Shown here: positions 1 through 11,898 of the stretch, piece by piece
How the letters are laid out: the number at the start of each line of letters is the position of its first letter
Numbering within the stretch: the stretch's first letter is position 1
Assembly (NCBI GenBank): GCA_002269645.1
Contig: NIVC01001134.1
Location: forward strand, 62,001-126,000
DNA: 64,000 nucleotides
DNA from: Macrostomum lignano
Taxonomy: Eukaryota
Direction: 5' to 3'
Position numbers and translations under genes: made by a program
Notes under the pieces: generated by a model
Databases searched by the model: none
What the model was told of the DNA's origin: nothing
Seen by the model: only the letters and a program-made list of their open reading frames with translations

Positions 1-166
1 TAACTATAACTGTCTTATCAAGCCTAAATGCCTCGGCATCTAATTAGTACCGCGCCGCGCCGTACTAATCGCCGCGCGCCGTACGCGCTGCGCTGCGCCG
101 TATTAGATCCGCGCCGGACGCCGTCCGCCAAAATGCCCATGCGCTGCAATCAGGCATTATATGAAC

Positions 167-505
167 CTGACTGACACATTCTCTCGACCTGACCAATCAC
201 TCATACTGACTGACACATTCTCTCAACCTGACCAATCACTCATACTGACTGACACATTCTCTCAACCTGATCAATCACTCACACTGGCTGACACATTCTC
301 TCGACCTGATCAATCACTCATACTGACTGACACATTCTCTCAACCTGACCAATCACTCATACTGACTGACACATTCTCTCAACCTGATCAATCACTCACA
401 CTGGCTGACACATTCTCTCGACCTGATCAATCACTCACACTGGCTGACACATTCTCTCAACCTGACCAATCACTCATACTGACTGACACATTCTCTCGAC
501 CTGAC
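167..505. repeat. 39-bp minisatellite in an OGT intron
   Basis: About 8-9 copies of ctgactgacacattctctcaacctgaccaatcactcata; explains ORF 161..520. Confidence 0.95.
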
Positions 506-596
506 TTACGCATTCATTAATCACACTGACACATTTCCCATAAAATCACGCCCCACTGACTGACACCAGCTAGCAGGAGGGCAGCAAGGGACTCAC

Positions 597-991
597 AGGA
601 CTGTACTGCAGCACCTGCACGTAAGCTCCAACAGCTCCCTCAGTGTCGCCGGCGGCGACCAGGGCGGAGGCCAAATTGACATATCCATCAATAAAGTCGT
701 GCTTCAGCCGCAGGGCGTGACGATAGTTCTCGATAGCCTCGGCCAGGTGGCCGCGCTCCTTGTACACGTTGCCGAGGTTGGAATAGGCCTCAGCCAGCAT
801 CGGGTTCTGCTTGATTGCCAATTGGCTAAAATAGGCAGACTTGTCCAGCCGTCTAGATTGGAAATAAATTGAGCTTAGCAACAAAAGGATGCTGGTATTC
901 TCGGGATCTTGGCGCCACAATTGCATGCAGTGCTGCTCGGCACGTTCATAATCGCCAGCTGAGTACTCGCGCTGAGCTAGTTCTGCTAATC
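597..991 (-). CDS. OGT: O-GlcNAc transferase, N-terminal TPR exon (gene continues left of the window)
   Basis: Translates [81 protein letters not shown]...YSP, a close match to metazoan OGT TPR1-4. Acceptor ttgccgcag|GA at 992 (phase 1); donor CCT|GTGAGT at 596 (phase 0). Confidence 0.97.
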
Positions 992-2356
992 CTGCGGCAA
1001 GGTGACGGGCAGGGGAGAAAGAAGATTAAGCAACACAATAAGGCGATTGGATTACACTATGCAGTGAGTTAGCAATTATTTTGCAGCTGTTGTTTACAGA
1101 GATTAAATAATAATATAATATTATGGAGCTTAAACTTGGCACTATAAATAGCAATTTATACCAAATAGAACAAATGAATGGCAAGCAATGCACAGGTGTC
1201 ATTGGTTTTTCTGTTTTCATACAAATCAGATTATTGGCCTAGCTAAAGTGGACATTGATTTTAATATATTTGTCTATCTTTTAATCTTATCACTAATCTT
1301 TTCATGAAGTTTTGCTGCAAAATTTAAAATCCATATCATTACAATAATCATGAATAATCAACCTGACTAAAAGTTATAATATATATGCATTTCGATTTTT
1401 ACTCTCTACTTTGTCATCTATGATACTAATGTGGATACTGTCATCTACTTGCTGGACAATATGGAATGACCAACTGATTTTTGTGCATGAATAGAACTAA
1501 ACTATGCATAAAACCTTGCATGACATGAATTTTTAATAACATACATTTTAATTTAAACACAGAACTAATAGTACTTACTAATACTAATAGTAATACTAAT
1601 ATTAATAATAAGTCTAGTAATTTTTTAATTAGATATATGCTGATATTAGGGATAATGCCTAGAAAATTGACATATAGAAGCCTTTTTAGTTCAATACATT
1701 GATGCAAGTGGTGCAGTTACAGCATAGTAGCACAACATAAAGCAAGCTGCATAGTGTTTAAAATTCAGCAAATCAAATAAAAAAGGATAAGAAATGTATA
1801 TTTAAATTGAAAATCTATCAGACTAATTTTAGGAATAAAATTTAAATATTTTAAAACTTATTTACCATTTAAATGCAATACTTTTTATTTAAAATTGCTT
1901 TATTGAATATAGTCTATTATTTTAATTTTCTTATACTTTAGTAATGTTGTCAAAATCTTAGAGTTATTACAAAAAGTAAGTTTAGTTTAGTGCTCAAGAA
2001 ATTGACTAAATTTCAGCACAAGGTAAATCTTTTAATATATATCTTTTTTTATAAAAAATGCTCTGGCACATAGTTGACATGATCCTGACTATGGGATAAT
2101 ATACAATGAAAAATAGCAAGTACCCTTGTTATATTCTGGGAAATAGCATATATGTTGCCTTCTAAACTATAATATACAGCATGCACTATGCATTTAGATC
2201 CATAGTTTAAAGAGACCCTTATTTGGTAAAAATTCCTATGCAGATCAGTCTTTCAAATCTATTAAACTGAATTAATTGTCTTATTAATATAAATGTTTTT
2301 TGTAGTTTTGTTTCCTAATAAAATCTATTTTTTTATTAAACCCCAAAAGACTAATA

Positions 2357-3140
2357 GGCCCATTCCATATAAGATGGACATATTTGGAAAAAAGAAAAAA
2401 GTCAATATTTTTGCTTGTCATTGCCTTATCAGCCAATTTTTTTACCAAATCTTTTTTGTATGTAATGTATACAATCTAAAAAAAATAAATGATAAAATGT
2501 TGGATTAGTATGTTATCAATTGGCAAAAAGTTATTTTTGTAAAAAATTGGACATTTTCTAAGCAAAAGACATCATTAAGTTTATGTACCTTTTAAAAACA
2601 AATAGAAAGCTTTAGAAGGTTAAAACAAACTATATATAAAATTATAGTACTTGCATCATTGGATAAAAACATTAGCAACCATATAATCTATTATATTTTT
2701 CATATATTAGTACTTCAAAGTTACTGAATTGACAGAAAAAAATATGTTACCATAATGTTACAACCATAAGGCTGCCTTTTCTTTTGTATCTTTGTTGCCT
2801 TTTTGAGTTTATATATTCTAATAAAAGAGTATGACTTCTAAAGATGTTCTTAGTCAAATTTAAAAAAAAATTATTGCAAAATATCAAAAATGAAAAATTT
2901 TATAAGACTTTTATCTTTTAGTTTCTATATGTCAAAAATCCTGTTGTTACGACCATAAGTGCCATTCAAGGTTTAATAACATCTATACTAATGATGATAT
3001 CTATATGAAACTTTATAAACATATTCTTGACAAAATAATCTTTCATTCAAAATATTGGTTTAGTATATTCTATTATTAGATTTCATTTTATAAGTAAAAA
3101 TAGTCTGTCATGTTACGACCATAATTATATGGAATGGCCC
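2357..3140. mobile_element. Non-autonomous DNA transposon (MITE) with TA-flanked TIRs
   Basis: Left end GGCCCATTCCATATAA; right end reverse-complements to GGGCCATTCCATATAA. TA flanks both ends; AT-rich non-coding interior. Confidence 0.75.
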
Positions 3141-4219
3141 TAACGCTAAGTAAAAGCAAATGGCACAAAAGACCAGCAGATGCAGCCTAGAAAGGGGAAA
3201 TAAACCCCTTAAGCAATGAAATATATTATTTTTTTATTTAAAAGAGAAAAAAAATATTTTGCCAAAAATATGCCAACTCAGCAGCCGCAATGTGTGACTA
3301 AATAGCACAGAGTGGAGGGGGAGGCTGCCCTAAGCTTTGCATGCACGCAGAGCACCAGCATCCCACCAACCTACCAAAGCAAGGCCAGGCTGGCGCAGGG
3401 GGGGTTTAAAACCAGTTAGAGTCAGATACCTACCTAAAACTGACATATTTGTGTCAACAATTCTTATTTCTTTTTATGACATAACAAAAACATGTTTTTA
3501 GTTTTGTTAAACTATTTACTTTAAAAAAAGTTCATGTGCATACATATTAAACAATATAGACATTTAATCTGAAACTGTTTTTCTTTGTGTATGTATTAAT
3601 TACACTAGTGGCATTTTGACTCATTGTTTTTTAATGTTTTATTGTTAGTCATTTTTTAACTTTTTTATGCTAATTAAAATGATCTATTATATAATGCATA
3701 TAACTGTCATAATAACAAAAAAGTCCTTTATAGTCCCAGTGCATAAGGTCCTTTTATTGTCATAACTATAAAAAGGTCCTTTTATTGTCATAACTATAAA
3801 AAGGTCCTTTATTTCCATAGTCAGGAAGATGACCTTTTTCACAGAAAATTCCAGTGCAAAAGGGGGTTTGATGTTTTTTGCACTAGCGCATTAGGACATT
3901 CTTTCTTTAGACAATCCCTAAGTAGGTCAAGTTTCATTTTATAATCCCCATTAAAGAGTCAAAAAGACACTCTAATATATCATGTACAATTATTGTACAT
4001 AGTACTCACTTTTCAAATCATCAAACTTTAAATCATCATTGTAATTGTCATTGAAAATTAACATAGAAAGTTATAGAAGCATAGCTTGTATTCACTTTTG
4101 TCACACAATCATTTAAATGGTAAAATTATATATGTGATTATAAGACAAAATGGAAAGAGCTTATAGGTTTTAAATTACGATCATATTAGTACTTAAATTA
4201 TATTAAAGAGATCATACAT

Positions 4220-4375
4220 GCGCAACCTTGGGATTCTCTCGGCCGTTTCTATTGGCAACACACACATGTAAGTCGCTATTGGCTGAGAGCAGTCACGTGA
4301 CTACTATTCTGTCCAATAGCGACTTACATGTGTGTGTTGCCAATAGAAACGGCCGAGTGAATCCCAAGGTTGCGC
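4220..4375. repeat. 156-bp near-perfect inverted repeat (hairpin / foldback element)
   Basis: Arms 4220-4282 and 4313-4375 match at 62/63 nt; the 30-nt spacer contains the palindrome AGTCACGTGACT. Confidence 0.95.
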
Positions 4376-4482
4376 CCAAGCATGAAAGAGATTGTATCAT
4401 AAAATTAAATGGATTAATATGGTCCCAAATTTGCAGTTTGATTATGTTTATTTTATGGACACAAAGTCTATTCAATCCACAT

Positions 4483-5421
4483 TAGAGATATTGTGAGATC
4501 TTAATGAGATAAGATTCGAGACAAGATCTTGACATTTTTTCTTGTCTCAAGAAATCTTGACTTTTGTGGAAAATTTTGAGACAAGATTCAAGAAATTGAG
4601 AATTTTTTTGCATTGCTAAAAGTGAAATTTTTTATTAAGAAAATATGTGAAAGGACAAGTATTTTCTTTAAAACACCAAATACTATTGTTGAACCTATAC
4701 TTTTTGTTTGAATCAGCAAGAGGATTTTGAAATGGATAAATTCTGTGATAATGTGACAATGTCACTTCTTTCATGCTTTTCTTCCTATTCTGTATCATAT
4801 ATATACAGTATAATTATCATCCTTTTCAACATATATATTATACTTAAATTTTATTTTATTATTTAGCATTGAGTTGATGTATTTTTGTTATACTATATAA
4901 TCCATAGAAATACTTAGCAGTATATAAAGCATTAAATCTATTTACTCTCTTGCAGTTTCGCTCATCCTTCTTTCACATTGTCTCATTGCATTACTATTAC
5001 ACTATGCTTGTTGCTATATCTATAATATTAAGAGTATTATCATTGTGAATTGATCAAAATAAACCCTTAGCATGTGCTATAATAATTAACATCCTTCATT
5101 ACTAAAATAATTAATCTAAATTTATCACAATAGGTAAGGTTAGTTGAGTAGTTTTATATCATCATTTAATAAATGCAAACATTGTTATAAATGCTAACAT
5201 ACAAACTTATACTAATAAATTTTTGTTGTTGTTTCAGTCCTGCAACAAAGTGATTTGGCCCCAGACTCAAAGGATCTGCCAATCTTATGGTGTATTTGTT
5301 GTAATGAGATTTTTCTAATATTTTTTAAATCTTATCTCATTGTATCTCAAAATTTCTTGACTTAAGACTTTGCTTGTCTCAAATCTTTTCTCAGTCCAAA
5401 TCTCAATTTTCAATAGCTCTA
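4483..5421. mobile_element. Non-autonomous hAT-like element
   Basis: 11-bp TIR TAGAG(A/C)TATTG; degenerate 8-bp TSD atccacat / gtccatat; subterminal ttgagacaag / cttgtctcaa motifs at both ends. Confidence 0.65.
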
Positions 5422-5714
5422 GTCCATATCAAATGGTATATCTCTATCAACGATTGATATATAATTAATAACAAAATTAATTGTTATGGTAATTGCTTTT
5501 GCACCTCTCCTTACTTTTGTCTTACAATCCCCATTCAATATAAAACAAGCCCATTTCATTAGGGAGATTGTGAGACAAAAGTGAAAGGGGGGCAAAAGTA
5601 GGTGCATTAGTTATAAATGTCCAATTCTTGCTTCTGCAAAATGTCCAAGATATAGCCAAGACAATTAATAGTGGGAGTCTATTAGTTGGTACAAGGAATA
5701 GTTCTGGCACATGG

Positions 5715-6311
5715 CCATACTCAGGAAGGTGTCACATGTGTGCGGGAATATATTTCAGCATATTTTTAGAGTGTGCGCTGTGCGCGAAGCTAAAATATGA
5801 ATTTGTGCGTCGAGGTCTATATTCGTTTATTGACAAATATATAGCTAGAGTACTAATATGCCATAGCACTAAAAACTCAGTAAAAGTCCAATTAAAACAA
5901 AACTAAAAACATGGTTAAATTTTTGTACCTTATATAGGCTTTTTTTCAACTCAAAACTTTTGCTTTATTTTAGCTTACGTAGAAAATTGTCAAAAGAAAT
6001 AGCTTTATCTTTATGGTAATATCCCATTTTGAATTTTATTATTCAGTTTACTTACCAACAAACAATTTTTTTATTGATATGCTTGGAAAAAAACGTAATC
6101 TTAAAGCATATTTTATGTATTGCATATGCAGATTTTACATTTAGGTGACTCATTGTGAGCTAAATTTTTCTGATTAGGTTTTGCTATGCGCCAATGTGCG
6201 CTAAAAACTTCTGCTAAGCCTTTGTTGTACACCGTATGCGCCATTTTGCGCACATTTATTGTTGATGTGCGCCAGAATTTTCCACCATAATGTACACCTT
6301 CCTGAGTGTGG
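5715..6311. mobile_element. Non-autonomous DNA transposon with perfect 8-bp TSD
   Basis: 18-bp TIR CCA(T/C)ACTCAGGAAGGTGT; TSD GCACATGG at 5707-5714 and 6312-6319; internal gtgcgc repeats. Confidence 0.9.
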
Positions 6312-6416
6312 GCACATGGCACAATCAAATTTTTTAATATGATTTACTCTGGCGCAGGCATGCCATGACCTTAACAAAGTCTACAACAAAGTTTATTGTT
6401 GAACACCTCATGGCCT

Positions 6417-8275
6417 CCATATTGCGGATCGTGTTTTGTGTACGCCGGAAAGTATTTGGCTAGCTGATAAAGTATACGCCAATAAAATATACTAGTAAAG
6501 TGTACCAGTAATGTGTATGCCAGTATTCCACAGGCCTTCTAAAACTGTGCATGTCATCCATGGTCTTCTAAACGAAGCACTATACTAAACTAAACGATAT
6601 AATTACTCGTTACAGGCACAGCCACAGCAGTATTGTAAAAGCAAAAGCAAAGAAATTTGAAAAAGCAAAATATAATTAAATTGTATGAACAAGCAGTGCA
6701 ATATTCGCATATAGACAATAGTAATGCTATAATGCACAGATAAAAAAGTTCGGCCATCTCATTTGAAAAAAATAGCTTTGACTGGTATAGTAAAACACAA
6801 TGTAAGCAAATTATTGATTAAAAACAATTTAACTACAAACAGTAAAACATTTTTTCAATATATTATCAAATTTAACCAATTTATTGTCAAATTTTAAAAT
6901 AAACAGCAACACATATATGGATAGTTTATTATATTGTATTTTACGAAATGGTTTTTTTCTGGACTTCAATGCCTTGTATGTGTGGTAGTTGGGTACCACC
7001 GATTAATCATTTACTCAATTAATTTTTTAATAATATCACAGTTTCTGGACGATAAATTATGCGTACCCTATTCTGGTCCCCGTTAGTCCACTCCCTGGTG
7101 CAAGGCATGATATATTTTTTTCCCTTTTCTGTTCCCTCGCGCTATTTTCTGGCGTTGTTCGTCCAATTTATGTTTTAAATTTGTTTTTCTATGTGTTTCT
7201 GCGGCAACTTCGTTGCATCCTTTTTTTGGCCTTTGCGTTTTTGCTCTTCCCCAGTTTCTGGGCCACATCAGCCACTTTGTGTCCCTCCTTTTGGGTATTT
7301 ATCCCCGCCCTTTGCGCCTGTCCCCCCGCCACATCTTCCTTTCTCCTCTTCTTCTGTCCTGTTTGTTTTCCTTTATGTGTGTTTTTCCCTCGGTTTGCCT
7401 CCCGCTCCTTCCCCTTTGGCTTACCCTCCAACTTAATCTACTCAGTAAGGTCAATTACCATTTATTAATTTGACCGACCAGAAGTTGATTCTAACTATAA
7501 TTTTATTTTGAGTAAAGCCTGCACCGCGGCACCCCTGAACATTAGCGTCTGTCGTAGCTCGTTCAAGTAATATTACTTTAAACCATAATAACTTGATTTA
7601 CCGAATAATAAATAATCAAGCCCACGGTTACAGCATCTTGTCACTTCATCTCTGGATTAAAAGCCATAGCTTATCTTAAGTCATATGCCCGTGGGGCGTA
7701 AAATAACCTAGTCTCACCTCGAAGCAAGCTCTGAGACATCAACGTTCTGTAATACGTAAATTACGGTGGTGGCAGCGCTACTCTACTAACAGTAATCAAT
7801 TAAGCAGTCAAAGTACATTAACTACCGTGTCTGAGGACCCTCTCTGAACACTCGCGCCTAACGAAGACCATTCATCTATGGCTAAACTACCCTCCCCCCG
7901 GAATTGAGGACTCCGGCAGTCGGAGTAAATCAAGAGGCGAACTTCCGTTGTGATTCAATTGCGCGATTTTTCCGGCTTCAATTCGTGCGAATGCAACGAC
8001 GACTGGTTTCAAAGAAACCCCAAGTCCAAATCCGAAATTGCCAAAATTTAAACCCAATTATACAAGTTCTTTTCTCAAACCCCCCCCCACCTCATATGCA
8101 ATGCCAAGTATTACGCTTGCAAAGTTGTATTTCCTGCTTGTACGCCAGTTATACCATTTGTATGCCAGCTAGATTTTTTGTACGCCAGTTATACACCAGC
8201 TAGACCTTTTGTACGCCAGCAAATCCTTTTGTACGCCGGAATTTTCCGGCGTATGCTACACCTTCCGCAATATGG
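6417..8275. mobile_element. Non-autonomous DNA transposon with perfect 8-bp TSD
   Basis: TIR CCATATTGCGGA, extending imperfectly to tacgccggaa; TSD CATGGCCT at 6409-6416 and 8276-8283; many subterminal tacgcc motifs. Confidence 0.9.
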
Positions 8276-9254
8276 CATGGCCTACATATAAAGCTGATAA
8301 CTACTAGCCATGCATAACTTCTATGACAACCAAAAAATGTTTTCACATAGCCAGCATATCCACGAGACTATAGATTTAGATAAAAATTATAACAACAATA
8401 AAATTAGCCTTAGTATATTACATTTATATTTAATCCTATGCAATTTTTCTCTTTTGTTCATTAAATTAATTTTTGGTTTAAACATGAATAGTACTAACTT
8501 TAAACGACAAAAATGATAACAAATCATTAGGATTTTGTGTAAATAGGTACATTTAGGTATGTAGGTAATACCAAATTATTACCTAAATAGGTAACAAAAT
8601 TTGGTAACAAAAAAGATAACTGTTCATGTTCAAACAAAAAAATTAATTTAACAAACGAAAGAGGAAAATTGCCTAATCCTATATTTATATTTTGAAGCTA
8701 TCTTTTACACCTTGGAGGACATAGTGTCCTTCAAATTTAATTTGGTCACTATTAGATTTTAATGCTTTTTCAATTTGTGTAACTTATGCCATTATGGCTA
8801 TGTAATATGATATGACTAGATATACAAGTTACACACATTTCAATAGTTATACACATTTTAGTACAAACAATAGTCGATAGTTTGCTGCTGCAAAATTGTC
8901 TCGTGAATAAAAACAGTCAATAGTGTAAATATTTAATTGTTTTTTTTACCTGTTAAGTCGGCTGGAACGTAATTCATAAATGTGCAAATCAAATTCAATA
9001 GGCTTCTAAGCCCTTCTTAAAATTGGTCTATATTAAACGGATAAAGTAAACAAGACAGGGGAAGAGCAAGGCTTCACATTTGCAGAATTCAATTTATTTT
9101 TTTCGCTTACGATGTGTCGGTATTAGTCGTTCAACTATAGAGGGGTAAAAGGCAGATTTAATAAATTTCATTCGCAAAGCGGCAGAGATCAGTAAAGAGT
9201 TGTTTACGTCAAATTATGCAGTTTTGAATTCGTTGTAAATAACGGTATACTCAC

Positions 9255-9322
9255 TTTTACGACTGTCGTAACAAAGAAGTATTACTTTATTCAACTTCTA
9301 TCCCATTAGCAAGTTTGGCAAC
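9255..9322 (-). other. Candidate 68-nt non-coding (5' UTR) exon, possibly of OGT
   Basis: Long polypyrimidine tract ending cctctttcagcag| and donor AAAA|GTGAGT. It has no frame that opens into OGT and contains only ATG GGA TAG. Confidence 0.45.
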
Positions 9323-10365
9323 CTGCTGAAAGAGGAAGAAGAAGAAAAAGAAGAAAAGTCGGAAGTCATGCAATATTTAGAGATTAGCTCAATTAACTAG
9401 CTGAGACGAGGTAGCAAGTTCCAGTCACCACCAATCCGTGCCATCGTGGAAAAGGCTAGCCAAAAGTACCTTATCTTGAAAATTTAGCGCCAAAATAAAT
9501 GAATTAAGTGACTGTGGCTAGGCAATAACTGCCAAAAATTGGGGGTTAATTTATTACCACCAGATGCCGGCGCCCCCGCAACCCCGGAGCGCGCGCCTTT
9601 TGCGACCCCGGTGCTGCATGGCCCCCGATGCCTGTTATAATTTCCTTTACAATATTATAACGTGCATAGATCTTTTTGAATGCATTTTTTACACCTGCCC
9701 CCTTCAGTAGCCAGATGCAACCCAGCTCAGCTGCAGATTGCGGGCGTACCTGAACAATGTGTACTGTAAAGGCTGCGTTCGCCACACACAACATGCACTC
9801 TCAATTACCCCCGGCTGGGTGAATTGAACTTGAGCATGTACATGTACGTATAAAGCTCAAGGACAACTGTTTCCATATGCAGTTATACGACTGTGGTCCT
9901 TAGTGTAGATACTGCTCCATTGCCCTTACATGTTGTTCAATCTTTCAAATAATTGTCTATTATTTGTCCATTGTCTAAAGAACCATTGCAGAGCAAATAC
10001 AAATGTAAGTGTGTAGAATTCTCGAATTGCAGCATATACATATAACACCGCATGCATATGAAATCGAAATCTGCTAATTTTATACTGTCAGTCACTGCAA
10101 CAACTTTTTAAAAATAACAACTACTTTACTACTTAAATACATTGGCAATAATTCCGGAAAACTAAGAGTATAACTGCAAATACGTACATACCTCTATGCA
10201 TGCAACGTACGTTCACATCACATGCAGAAACAAGGAAGTCATTGAAACCGTTTAAATAGTAGTGTATCTACTATTTCAATTTAGAGAATTCAGAAACGAC
10301 AACCTGCAAATAATGTTAAACGCACAAAAACAAAAAATACCTCTATATTATCTTTGTTCCTGCAG

Positions 10366-10462
10366 GCAACAGGAGCGCAGAGGTGAATCTACTGCAGAAC
10401 AGAATGGCAATCCAGAAAATTTTAAGACACCACAATATCCGACGTAAATACATTTGGCTGAG
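10366..10462 (+). CDS. Internal exon of a tentative small spliced gene, product unknown
   Basis: Acceptor tctttgttcctgcag|, donor GAG|GTGAGG; one open frame, NRSAEVNLLQNRMAIQKILRHHNIRRKYIWLR. Confidence 0.55.
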
Positions 10463-10789
10463 GTGAGGTCCATTCACCATCTGGGTAAACTAGAGTTTCC
10501 ATTGAATTGTTAATTTGATCCGAGCATCTCAGTTGAATCTGGCATGCGCAGAATTGATTTTGCAACATTATGAATGGACCCTCCAAAAGTGAGAAAACAG
10601 CTTAGGAAATGAAAAAAACAAAAATTTTTCACAGTGAAAAGTACACGCATATGAAATTGTCTACGAACAAAGACTAGCGGCTTTTTATAAAGAATCTTAA
10701 TAAACAATATTTACTGCCTTTCACTTCTATGACATTAGATAGGCTTTCAATTCCAACTAACAAGATTTCATTAAGCGATCTCAGTAAGA

Positions 10790-11340
10790 CTATCCTATGA
10801 CGAGATTTTAGACTTCCTATTTCTATCCTATGAGATTCCGGACGTCCTATTTCTATCCTAAGAGATTCCAGACTTCCTATTTCTATCCTAAGAGATTTCA
10901 GACTTCCTATGAGATTCCTATGAGGTTCTATTTCTATCCTATGAGATTCTAGGCGTCCTATTTCTATCCTATGAGATTCCAGACTTCCTATTTCTATCCT
11001 AAGAGATTCCAGACTTCCTATTTCTATCCTAAGAGATTCCAGACTTCCTATTTCTATCCTAAGAGATTTCAGACTTCCTATGAGATTCCTATGAGGTTCT
11101 ATTTCTATCCTATGAGATTCTAGGCGTCCTATTTCTATCCTATGAGATTCCAGACTTCCTATTTCTATCCTATGAGATTCCAGACTTCCTATTTCTATCC
11201 TAAGAGATTTCAGACTTCCTATGAGATTCCTATGAGGTTCTATTTCTATCCTATGAGATTCCAGATTTCCTATTTCTATCCTATGAGATTCCAGATTTCC
11301 TATTTCTATCCTATGAGATTCCAGACTTCCTACTTCTACA
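10790..11340. repeat. 30-bp minisatellite
   Basis: Unit cctatttctatccta(t/a)gagattccagactt with indel variants; source of ORF 10674..11345. Confidence 0.95.
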
Positions 11341-11386
11341 CCCATGTGGTTCCAGTGCCTTTATTTTCTATCCCATGAGATTATAG

Positions 11387-11465
11387 GCCCTCAGTTATAC
11401 ACGATGAGCTCTCAAAACTACCCACGTGCTCAACTTCAAGTCAATCGGCCCTGCTCAAACCCTGA
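11387..11465 (+). CDS. Candidate terminal exon of the same small gene
   Basis: Acceptor ttttctatcccatgagattatag| is phase-compatible with the 10462 donor; reads (R)PSVIHDELSKLPTCSTSSQSALLKP*. Confidence 0.4.
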
Positions 11466-11498
11466 GAAGATTGCCAGACAACTCTCATACAGCAGCTC

Positions 11499-11752
11499 CT
11501 AGCCCCTAAAGTCGTTCCCATTAGAGACGCTGGCAGTCAGCTTCGCCGAGCTCCGTCCTCCCATCATCAGTGGCGCGGTGTCCTCGCTGCACAGAGACTC
11601 GGCGTCAGCGGATTCAATCTCGTCCAAGCCAGAGGAAGCTGCGGCTGCCGCATCAGGACTGGCTAAGTCGGCAGTGTCAAGCGGTATGCTCTGCTGAGTG
11701 TCCTTGGCGCTAACGCTGTTTCTGTAGCCATAGGCTCCGTACATGATGAGGC
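11499..11752 (-). CDS. Cationic amino-acid transporter (SLC7A/CAT family), exon 3 of 3
   Basis: Acceptor ccgcaaag|GC completes WVRFLVWSIF-G-LIMYGAYGYRNS, the conserved CAT C-terminal motif, followed by an acidic tail and TAG. Confidence 0.92.
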
Positions 11753-11898
11753 CTTTGCGGAGAGAGGGACAAATGTCCGTTTTATGATCTATCAGTCATG
11801 CCTTAAAAATGCCCATTTAAAATCATTGCTTACTACTCGTACTCGCGAGTAGAATGTTAGGTTAAGTTGAAAAATAAGTGACAGATTGAATGATTGAG

